A DNA stretch of 59,259 nucleotides, counting the filler, from Dirinaria sp. TL-2023a (lineage: Eukaryota): NCBI GenBank assembly GCA_051941275.1. It is 6 parts of 6 records of this genome, joined end to end, with 100 filler letters (N's around TTAATTAATTAA, not from the genome) between each part and the next. Parts side by side here need not be neighbours in the genome. Positions count along the whole stretch, not along the records: positions 49,494 to 59,259 come from JAVEBF010001006.1; 5 more parts are not named here. The stretch is one strand, 5' to 3'. Positions 49,494 through 59,259 of the stretch are shown piece by piece. Both the position numbers and the translations under genes were made by a program. Below the pieces are notes generated by a model. The model ran no database searches, was not told the origin of the DNA, and worked only from the letters and a program-made list of their open reading frames with translations. Within the stretch, counting starts at the first letter, position 1. Every line of letters begins with the position of its first letter.

Positions 49494-50905
49494 CTGATAT
49501 ATACTCAAAGATTGCAGGAGCGCGGATATCGAAAATGAAAAATGAGAAGATGGAATATAAAATGTAGCCAATATACATACATACATTTAGCGTGTGCATG
49601 TGTGTTGCGAACGAAACCTTGGCATCCAATCTTCTTTCTCTCGCCCACATGTCTGTCGCATTGATCACTAAGATACATATTGTCGTCTATCAATATCTTT
49701 TTTCTCAATTTCGATGCTTCAGAATTGAAAATTGCGAAAGTCATCCTTTTTCTAGCGTCTTCTTTCAACACTCAAACGATCTGTCGATTTGACACCGTGA
49801 CACTTTCATGACGAATTAATTCATCGTCACTTCGTGAAAACGTGATTTTGCTGGAAAATCCTGTTCTTTCGCTAGCGCTACTACAGCGGAGCGACTATCG
49901 TAAGATTACATTATTGACTTCTGAGACAGCGAAAGATTGAAGTCTGGGTATCTATTTAATTCGATAGATGAAAAACGAATTGTAGACACTGAAAGAGAGT
50001 GAGTGATGAGACGGCAACGGAACTTTTCGAAAAAGGAAAAAAAAAAAAAAAAAAAAAGTCGTGCCAAGAAAAAGAAAAGAACTCTCACTATCACCTCCAC
50101 GCCCCTTTCTACTACGCTAAACTCAAAATTTCCAACCCAAAAAAAAAAAAAAAAGGAAAAAGACATCTACGAATTGATCCGATAAATAGATCTTCCCATC
50201 CACGTTACTCCTCTACTCTATTTCAGAAACCGTAAGGAATCTATTCATTAAAGCGTGCTCTGATATCCCCTGTTTTTTTTTTTTTTTTTTTTTTTTTTGG
50301 ACATTCTTTTTAAAGGGCTTCGTCACTATCTCGAGTAGAACTAAATCTCAATCTCAAAAACATCATCTCCCCACCCCAAATTTCCAACATACCAATTCAA
50401 GAAAAACAAGGAATGCTTCTCACTAATGAAAACAATGAAGATCTCTCTCTCCCATTTCGTTTAACGTTTAACGTTTAAAGAATGCGCACTTATTTTGTTT
50501 GAGAAAAGTCGGGTTTTGACTTGAAAGAGAAAGAGAGAGAGTAATTAGGGATTTTTGAGATTCAAAGGCAGTAAAGAGGAAGGGGGGGGGCAGAGGTGAA
50601 GATCAGAGGTATGTGATATGTGTGAGAAAATGAAGTGTGATGAGACTGTTGTGATGATGCCAGAAGAGTCATATGTAGAAGTGGTAACTTACGACGTTAG
50701 TGTAATTCCTCTTGAAGAGATCCGCATTTGTGAAGGAATGAAAAAACTTCTGCTTCATCGCTGATGAGGAAGATAACATCTGTCTGATACAGCCTCGCCT
50801 CTAAACAATTGCCATTTTCTTTCTTTTCTTTTTTTCCTTTGTGGGTTTCTGGGTACAGGGTGTTTTCACAATCCACAAAGCAGGGTCGCGGCTCGCCAAC
50901 GATCG

Positions 50906-53235
50906 CTACCTAAGACTAATATCCACCAGCATATCAAATGCCTGATCGCTCTCGTCACTCAAATTAGTCTTCCCGGACGGGAGTAAGGAACGCAACCATT
51001 GGGCCTGCCCGCGCGCCTGATTCGCCTCTTTTTCGTATCTGTCAGGTTCGATGAGGTAGGCCTTCATCAGCAGATGCTGGAAGCGCGCACGCATGCCCAG
51101 CGGCATGTGGCACAACCTTGCTATCGCGAGCGCATTCTTTGCCTCCCAGATGGCCAAAACAGCCCCGTTCTGCTTCACGCAGATGCAGGAAAAGCGATAG
51201 GAGACAATGCCGCTGAGCCAGCTGACAGAGGGCACATCAGCGGATCCCTTTAGCAATTGGCCAGCGCGGTAGATATGGTCGATTGCCTCGGCGAGCTTCT
51301 CCCATCGCAGGTAGAGGTCTGCCTTTGTCTGATGGATTCTGCGTCGCCATGTCACTGGCCGCACTTTAAGGTCAAAGAATGGGGCGACAAGCTTACGACG
51401 CAAGTGTACATGAGTCTCCTAAGCCTGACGCGAGGATCATGGCCTGGTCGAGTTTCTTTTCGGCGCCGTCAAAGTCCCCCACAGAAAAGAGATTGCGCGA
51501 GAAGTGGAGATTATTATGGCACAAGAGTCGGATGTGCAATTCGTCGTTGTGGCTCTCTAGTATTTCGCGCGCTTTACTCAACCACGACCTGGCTTCATCG
51601 TGCCAACCCATTGAATCTAATGCGATGGCGAGGTGGTGGTAACAACTGGAGATTTGCAACTGTTGTGGTTGTCCGAGCTTCTCCCTGATCGCAAGACTCT
51701 TCATCGCTCGGTAGTGCGCGGAGTCGAAATCGCCCTCTGCCCGGAGATCTTGGATGCAAAGGAGCAGCAGGATATCGGCTTCAAGAATCGGCTGTTTGGC
51801 AGCATCTGGTAGCTTATAATACGCGTGGCAGCCTGCATCCATAAGCAATGATAGTATGCCGGCTGTATCGTTGTCGTGAACAAACCAAGCGCAATCTGCC
51901 ACTAGATGGCAAAATTCCACGGTCGGCTTTAAAGGTATTGGGTGATTTTGTGAGGCCCTCCAGTTATCGGCGACTGAAACAATATGTCCGATGTATTTGG
52001 CACCATCTTCCCACGAAGAAGCCATGAAGACGAGACTGCCGCGATCGGGGAATTTGTCTAGGAGCAGCTTCACAGCAACATCAAACCCTTCTTGGTATTC
52101 AACAGGCGTGGCCTTAGAGTGGCATTGTCCTTGTACTACGCGGTGCAGGGAAATCTGCTGGGAAATTCTGTGATACTTTACCAAAGCATGGCAGGTAAGC
52201 TGTTCGATAGCATCACCGCAACTACTCAATGTTAGTGGCCGAGATGCTCAAGATACGCTCTACACGGTAGACGATACCTTACACCTTCTTTGCAAAAAAC
52301 CGGCAGACCTACGCTCTCTTTCGGCGGCAGCAACGCAGTGGGGATGGAGTGTGGAGCGTAGAAACTCAGGATACAAAGACAAGCGCGAGCGAGTGGGTCA
52401 AGAGTACGAAATGAGACATTCCAAACAGTATCGTGTGCGTCGCGGTAACCAATATGCTCCCAGCTTTCCTCCTGTTTACGATACAGGTTTGCTGGGTACC
52501 TCATATGAGTAGATAGAAAGTCCTCTACTGGCAAGTTGTGCGCATTTATGAAAGCCGTCAGTAGACTGATAGTGAGAGGGTAACCGTGTAGTAACGATGA
52601 TAGCTCTTGAGCAGCCAGTTGTTCTTGTGGTGTTCCTTTGGGTTGCTGCAGAAGATGTAAAATGAACTTGGTGCTATTTTCGATTGCAAAATCTGTGATT
52701 GGTACGCTTTGCTCAGCCGCCGTAATCGCAACCACACTCTGCCGAGTGGTCACTAGTATTGCGCCGTGGTCTGTTGCACGCAGGCAAGTCTCTAATATCT
52801 GGTGGTTCTGAACATCATCGAATATCATAAGCCATTTCGCGCCTCCAACAGTCAGTCTACGATATAGTGAGATTGGACACACGCACAAGTTCGCTGCAGC
52901 CAAGCTACTACGAGGAGCTTATTCTCCTGATGGGATCGAGATTCTGCATTCTCCATCTTGAGACCGTGCACGGCTATTTCGGTGAAACCCTGTTGCAGGG
53001 CCAGAGTGTTATCAGCCGACAACCAGAGTATAGCATCTAATTCGGCTTGCTTTCTGTATGCATACTCAAGAGCGGTCTGAGTCTTGCCGACTCCGGGCGG
53101 CCCATAAATGGCCAACGATCTGATGGCTGCCAATTCTTTGCCAGGCTGCAGGACATCGTCAATGACAGCAAGGGTGTTTTCACGACCGAAAAACTGTCCA
53201 TTTCGCGCGGCAGGAAGAACACAGCATTGAGTCAT
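50906..53235 (-). CDS. Fungal NLR-like STAND protein (NB-ARC + TPR-like repeats), about 723 aa; introns 52843-52886, 52222-52277 and 51339-51396
   Basis: FFGRE, Walker A GPPGVGKT, Walker B WLMIFDD, ILVTTR, GYPL (GxP), SLHRVVQ (MHD-like), then helical repeats. Three introns join four ORFs in frame. Confidence 0.85.
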
Positions 53236-55338
53236 GGCAGAATGCTTCTTGCAGAGGACTGAGCGACACAATATTGGAGCACGCAACACAACAAAGGTAC
53301 TATATGCAGGTACAATTAAAAGTAGGAGTATGTACTGTTGGTACAGCATATTGAGAAGTGATAGAGAATTTCGGGCCGAGGTCATGAGGCTTGGGGGTTG
53401 TCGCTGAGCAGTTTCCTTTATCAGCCAAAGTTGGAGATTTCAGGAACGATCCGGGTCCTGTCATAGAATTCTGCCAGCCCGTGATACGTTGAAAAGAGTG
53501 GAGAATGCGACTCAATTTAAAAAAAAAAAAAAAAAAAAAAAAAGGAATCTAAGACGTTACTTCTGTACAAATACCGACTCCTCTCGACCCCATCATCATG
53601 ATGCATATGCCTTAGTCAGAACCATATCGCAGAAGCGCGGTGGGCTGTAGAAGGTGGCCTTGCAAGCAGGAATAACTGGGTGCATAAGCAGTTAGGCTAG
53701 GGTCTACGACGCGAGATTTGCCCATCTTAGCCAGCAGAACTTCAACAAGGTGACGGGCAGCATCTGTCACTATGCCGACTAACCCGAGTAGTGAGGGCGC
53801 GGGGCTGAGCAGCGGAGAGTAAGGTACCCACGGTCGATAGTGGGATGCTGGGAAGTTGAATGTGAAATGAGGCAGGTACTATGTGGAGCGTGTTTCCGGG
53901 ATTGGTAGTCTCCCGTTGCATGACACAGTCTTTGTTGAGTGGCTAGGCGGCAGTTATTTGCTTAGATGATAGCTTTCTCCAGTTCTTTCCCGTAGTTCTC
54001 GTCAATGATTTTCGAGAAAATGCCACGCGTCAACGGTCAGTACTCGGCCGGCCGTTTAGCGGTTCACAAATCCATAGCCAGTCCACTGAAAGATCACGTA
54101 TTCGCCACAGGACACGCCTCTGGCACCTGAGAAGATGGTATGTAGGGCAATTCACGAACTTTCGTGCTTTTGGCAGAGAGGAGCGAAACTCGAGCTGCAT
54201 GGATCGATTGACACTGCCGCTGCGGCAAATGATGCAGAGTAATAGTGAGCTCGTTCTATAAGGGTATGGAGGGCTGAAGAGAAAACCAGAAGCCAATGGC
54301 ATAGAGATGCCTCAGGCAGAGACAGGGAACAATGAAGGAGCGCCATATGACGATGAAACGACGATCGGAATCGAGCATTGATCGATACAAGATGCTTGCT
54401 CGTGTCGCGGAGTAGAAGAAGGGGAAGGAGCCAGATATAGAAAGCAAAGTCAAGAAGATGCCTCAGGCATGGAAGCTTGCCTTGATGGTGCTACAGTCGC
54501 AGATGATGAGCGCTTGATCGTTGGTACGATATGAGCATAAGGCACCACCTCAGTCATGATGGTCGAAACACCTTTCATGTCTACAAGCCTCAGGATGATT
54601 GATGTTCTAGCGAAGAGAAGCATCCGAGTCGCTGTGAGTGATGCCAAGTCTTTTAGTTCTGACGCGAAGCCAGCGCGACTCGATGCCAAGCCTCCTCCCT
54701 TGCAGGACAGGCAGGCGAGCCAAGACCAAGGGGACTCGCTCTGTCCAATTCCATCCGTCCAATCGTTTTCCCGATTCCCTGTGCAAAACCTGCTTTCGGC
54801 AATGATGGGAGGGCATTGGAAGTGACAGGTGATAAGTCTGCCGCTACACTGGGACCTTTTCCGCCAATGACGAGGGTGGAATTGTGCCAGATAGAAAAAT
54901 TCCATTGCACATCTTCACGCTAAGCCACGAACAAGTCGCGCCTGAGGATAGTAGAAGGACGTGCCTCCGTGCGTGTTCTCTTCCCTTGACACGCACTTCC
55001 CCCACACCTTCCACAGTCCACACACACTCCCTCGACTCCCTCCCAGCTGAGGCAAGGCGAGCCAGGGTGTTTGAAAGAGATATACCCGCTGCTGCCCACT
55101 TCTCGTTTCTTCCTCAGGCTTCCAAGTGTTCTTCTCTCAATCTACACTGCCATTTCATTATACACATCTCAATCGTCAATTGCTATTATTTATTCCGCTC
55201 TCGATCTATCAGTCTCGGTATACCTCGCATATCCACTGCTCCATTCTCTGATTCTCTTGAAATCGCATCCATTCCAATAGCTCGTCACTCTGCGATTCGA
55301 ATACCACAGCCCTTCAATCTTCGTCACTCCTCGCAGTA

Positions 55339-56587
55339 ATGGCCGCCGCTACTGCTCCGTCGTTGAACACTCGGCAGCCGCTCGGCTCCGTTAGTGGAGC
55401 CCGGCTTCGAAATCTGGGTCAAGTCAAGAACAAGCAGAATGGTAGGTGTAGTAGAGTGTGTTTCTTCCTGAGCCGTGATATCGGTTGCCAAGCTTTATCA
55501 ACACGGTCGAGCAACATATCCAGATCTTATCACCGCTACAGTATGCTAATGAGTATTTGAACTTTCTTCAGCTCTCACAACTTTCTCTTCTTTCAAATCA
55601 CCCGCACCTCAACCTCAGATCTTCAACGATCAAGATTCGGAAAACATCGACCCATCTACCTTCAATAAGCAAGGCTTCTCATCATCCAAGTCATCCAACA
55701 CCGCTCTTAACTCGGACCCATCCAGCATGAAGGCTTTCAAGGCTGCCCACTTCGTTCTCTCAAAAGCTACCTCGGCTCGTCCTACCAACGCTAGCTTGGC
55801 CCCTGTTGCAGGCCTTAAGCGTAAGGCTTCTACCATCGACGACGCACAATCATCAACCTCCCTCTCGGATCGGCCCATCAAGGCTCTCCGTTCTACACCT
55901 CCCCCTAGCATTCCCGCCCCCGCTGGTCGATCTCCTGTTAAGGCCAAGCGGTCGGGTATCTTGTCACGTCGTCGCGTCTCCGCCAAGCCATTCACTCGCA
56001 TCGACCCTCCTTTCGGTGCTACCAAGAACGGGCTACCTTTCTCCCTTGATACCGCTCTCTCGGGTACTCTGCCTGGTTACAAGCCAAAGCAGCCCAAGGT
56101 CCTCGCCACCCTTCTTGACTCTAAGCCTAAGCGGTGGTCTTTCACGATCCACGAGGATACAGAGTCCCAAGAGGCGACTGAAATGAGGCATTCAGAAACC
56201 GTTATGGAGCATTCAGCCTCTGCTCTCGACATCTCTGATGACGAGTCCTGTGTTACTCGAAAAGATGATCGAGGTAAAGAGAACATCCCTCCTGTCGACG
56301 ATCTCAACGCTCCTGTCCGCTCTACCTCGCGGAATGATATGATGAGCGATGATTCTCGTGCCCCCTTGGCCGACCTCAATGCCAAGGATTACTACGCTCA
56401 AGGATGCGATGAGTCATCCTTTTTCACCGTACCAGCTGAGGGATCCACAGACTCCAACGAGGAGCAGTCGAACCAGTCCAACATATACGACAAGGAGTCG
56501 TCGGACATATACAACTACGATGCCACCATCACCGGCCAGTTCCCGGACCCCGAGTCGGCTAAGGTTGTGAATGAGGTTGCTGCATAA
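55339..56587 (+). CDS. Disordered protein of about 372 aa carrying APC/C degron motifs (candidate Acm1-like inhibitor); intron 55442-55571
   Basis: GTAGGT...GCTAAT...CAG intron joins exon 1 in frame to ORF 55727-56587. Motifs RQPL, SPVK, FTIHED, KEN and RAPLADL. Confidence 0.8.
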
Positions 56588-56752
56588 ACCCGATGGCAGA
56601 TGCAGCAACAAACAGGCATGAACGGTTTACCGAAAAAATAAAATCGAAAAGCCAAAAACATTTCCTTCGTATGTTGAACACCAAGCACCTCCGGATGCAC
56701 ATTGCTGTCTGCGATCATGCCTAGTATGTTTAGCTTGCGACTTGCTGCATTG

Positions 56753-56910
56753 TTTTTGGGGAAATTGGCGAAAAGCTGCAGGCTATACCGATTAGCTCGC
56801 TTTCGTACTTCCCAATAAGTTTGCGGCTTTCTGGGGTGGGTTTTGGGGAAATGGCGAAAGGCAGCAGGCTATACCGATTAGCTCGCTTTCGTGCTTCCCA
56901 ATAAGTATGC
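56753..56910. repeat. Two-copy tandem repeat (period about 87 nt); each copy is self-complementary
   Basis: TTTTGGGGAAAT(T)GGCGAAA...GCAGGCTATACCGATTAGCTCGCTTTCGT(A/G)CTTCCCAATAAGT occurs twice. Confidence 0.92.
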
Positions 56911-57502
56911 ACCATCGCCTATTCTGCTTCCATAGTCGGATCACGGGTTGCTGAAGGCTCCTCGTGAGGAAGGGGAATGATCTGGTGGGAACAGTGGAAG
57001 GCTGAGGTGTTTAGGATCTGTGGTTGATGCATGGGCACTGGCTGTGATGGAGGGCTGGGGATAGGCGCATAGGACTTTGTTGTAACTTTCTAGCCGAAAG
57101 ATTCATGGAGATAGATAATGTATGCAATGCAGATACCTCAACCTAATCCACTTCCTTCAATGCCGTGACCTGGATGGTAACAGCCGCATTGGCTCATTCA
57201 GGTATCCCCGTTTTCCAAAGTGGCGGCGAATACCTTAGACTTGATGGAGTCTTGACACCTGGATCCCAAGTGTGACTTACCTATCTACCTCCCTATCTCC
57301 CTATGAGCCTACCTTATGTAAGGTAAGGTAGTTGCTAAGGTAGTAACAGTCCTGTTCTTAATGCAAGTTGGTCCTGTCAGTACTATCGCTATCCAGACGC
57401 GACTGCGCGCTCGACTGGCTGTAATAACACAACCGGCGTAATCGAGTCACCATTGCTCACAACGTCTGATTTGGTTCATTAAGACAATGGATATGAGGCG
57501 CA

Positions 57503-59259
57503 ATGGAACCGCTGCTGAAAGAATGGAGGCAAGATGCCATGAACAAGCACCAATATGAGTCTGCTATTTACATCGGCGATAAACTGCTAGCCCTCACTGG
57601 CGATGCTAACGATGCGTTCTTCCTCGCCCAAGTACACTTTTCCACAGGAAACTACACAAGAGCCCAGAGCTTTTTGACCAAACACAATCTCGTCGACCAT
57701 AGCCCGGCATGTCGATACCTTGCGGGCCATTGCCAGATCAAGCAGAATCGCTTCGATGAAGCCTTGAACATACTCGGGGACAAGAACCCCAAACACCTGA
57801 TAGCTACTTCGAGCAAAGTCCGTCGAAAGCTGCAGCATACGAGCGGGAATCTTCGGAATGGAACCAAGAGCGGGAAAGCTGTTGGCCGCCCAGATCGAAT
57901 AGACAAGAGTGAAGAAAGGGAGAGGGAGGATGTGTCGGACATCAAGTACGAAGCTGCCATGTGCTACCTGCGAGGGATCTGTTACGCCAAACAGAATGCC
58001 TTTGATCGAGCAAAGGAATGCTACAAAGATGCCGTCCGCATAGATGTGCAGTGCTTCGAAGCCTTCGACCAGCTCATGAAGAACTCTCTGATGGCCCCAG
58101 ACGAAGAATGGGAGTTCCTCGAATCCCTCGACTTCGACTCCGTGTCGACAGAAGGCGGCTCGAGCGCCCAAGAAGCCGCCCAATTCGCCAAGATGCTCTA
58201 CACAACCCGGCTCTCCAAATACAAAAACCCCACCGCTTTCAACCACGCCACCGAAACACTCTCCACTCACTACAACCTCGCCTCGAACCCGGATCTTCTC
58301 CTCTCCAAGGCCGAGCTCCTCTTCACCCAGTGCCGCTTCAAGCAATCGCTCGCCATCACCACTTCCATCCTCGACGCAGACGAGTACAATTTCACCATCT
58401 ACCCGTTGCACCTGGCGTGCTTGTACGAACTGAACGAGACGAACATCCTCTTCCTCATTTCCCATCGCCTTGCGGATCTCCACCCCGACGAGCCGGCCAC
58501 ATGGCTAGCGGTAGGCGTGTACTATCTCTCCATCAACCAGATCGCGGAAGCGCGGCGCTTCTTCTCGAAAGCATCGATGATGGACCCTCATTTCGGCGCG
58601 GCATGGATCGGCTTCGCGCACACCTTCGCTGCAGAAGGCGAGCACGACCAAGCCATCTCCGCCTACTCGACAGCCGCACGCTTGTTCCAAGGCACACACC
58701 TCCCCCAACTCTTCCTCGGGATGCAGAACCTGCAACTCAACAACCTCACCCTAGCATCCGAATACCTCTCCGCCGCCAACCAGCTCTGTTCGACGGACCC
58801 TCTCCTCCTCAACGAAATGGGCGTCGTGCTCTACCACCAAGACCACCTCCCCCCCGCCATAACTCTGTTCCAGCGCGCTCTCGCCATCGCCCAAGAAATC
58901 GACAGCGAGCCCACGGCGTGGATCGCCACGCGCGCAAACCTCGGCCACGCCTACCGCCGCTCCTCGCAGTGGACCTCCGCGCTGGCCGAGTTCGAAGAGG
59001 TCCTCCGCATGGGCGGCAAGGACGTCAACATCTTCTGCGCCAAGGGTCTCGTGCTCCTCGATCTCGGCCGGCCGTGGGAAGCCGTCGCGGTCCTGCACGA
59101 GGCGCTGAGTGTCAGCCCCCAAGACCCCGTCGCGACGGATTGTCTCGCCCGCGCGCTCGAGGAGAATGCAGCTGTTGCGCGTGACGCGGTGATGGAGGAG
59201 GAAGGGGAGGAGGCGTTCGAGGCGCTTATTAGACGCGAGAAGGAGGCGCTGGGCATGGG
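57503..59259 (+). CDS. CDC16: Anaphase-promoting complex TPR subunit Cdc16/Cut9 (APC6); runs off the end of the window
   Basis: MEPLLKEWRQDAMNKHQYESAIYIGDKLLALT, AKECYKDAVRIDVQCFEAFDQL, WLAVGVYY, ARRFFSKASMMDPHFGAAWIGFAHTFAAEGEHDQAISAYSTAARLFQGTHLP. No stop codon in the window, so absent from the ORF track. Confidence 0.93.
   Translation, partial: MEPLLKEWRQDAMNKHQYESAIYIGDKLLALTGDANDAFFLAQVHFSTGNYTRAQSFLTKHNLVDHSPACRYLAGHCQIKQNRFDEALNILGDKNPKHLIATSSKVRRKLQHTSGNLRNGTKSGKAVGRPDRIDKSEEREREDVSDIKYEAAMCYLRGICYAKQNAFDRAKECYKDAVRIDVQCFEAFDQLMKNSLMAPDEEWEFLESLDFDSVSTEGGSSAQEAAQFAKMLYTTRLSKYKNPTAFNHATETLSTHYNLASNPDLLLSKAELLFTQCRFKQSLAITTSILDADEYNFTIYPLHLACLYELNETNILFLISHRLADLHPDEPATWLAVGVYYLSINQIAEARRFFSKASMMDPHFGAAWIGFAHTFAAEGEHDQAISAYSTAARLFQGTHLPQLFLGMQNLQLNNLTLASEYLSAANQLCSTDPLLLNEMGVVLYHQDHLPPAITLFQRALAIAQEIDSEPTAWIATRANLGHAYRRSSQWTSALAEFEEVLRMGGKDVNIFCAKGLVLLDLGRPWEAVAVLHEALSVSPQDPVATDCLARALEENAAVARDAVMEEEGEEAFEALIRREKEALGM

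Noticed and set aside
54030..54910. ORFs upstream of the NLR examined as a possible effector or amyloid partner gene
   Set aside because: No HeLo, SesB, gasdermin-like or amyloid-motif sequence visible.
57587..59256. Long ORFs 57587-58483 (-), 58018-59184 (+) and similar antisense ORFs such as 30353-30964
   Set aside because: Shadow frames of GC-rich real genes (CDC16 and the GPI protein).

Overview
Eukaryotic DNA from a filamentous ascomycete (Pezizomycotina), judged from GT-AG introns with CTRAY branch points and typical fungal orthologues. The window is not contiguous. It is six contigs of about 9.8 kb and steadily decreasing length (9832, 9803, 9801, 9789, 9768, 9766 nt), joined by an artificial 100-nt linker (N44-TTAATTAATTAA-N44). 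Contig 1 holds a LAT-type amino-acid permease, Cyc2-like, Mtq1/HemK, Aim32/Apd1-like and a partial Far11/STRIP gene. Contig 2 holds the 3' end of a glycine-zipper protein, an RNAi RNA-dependent RNA polymerase and a repeat-rich accessory tail. Contig 3 holds a conserved hypothetical protein, a PI-phospholipase C and a spliced 76-aa zinc-ribbon microprotein. Contig 4 holds a GPI-type Ser/Thr-rich protein, a RhoGAP, TIM9 and glutathione-dependent formaldehyde dehydrogenase. Contig 5 holds a MITE-like element and a C2H2 + Est1-type protein. Contig 6 holds an NB-ARC/TPR fungal NLR with no visible effector domain, a disordered protein, and Cdc16/Cut9 (APC6). The best lead is that disordered protein (55339-56587). 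It carries D-box / ABBA / KEN / D-box motifs in the order of the yeast APC/C-Cdh1 pseudosubstrate inhibitor Acm1, sits directly upstream of an APC/C subunit gene, and is followed by a duplicated hairpin. All family assignments come from motif recognition by eye; no searches were run.
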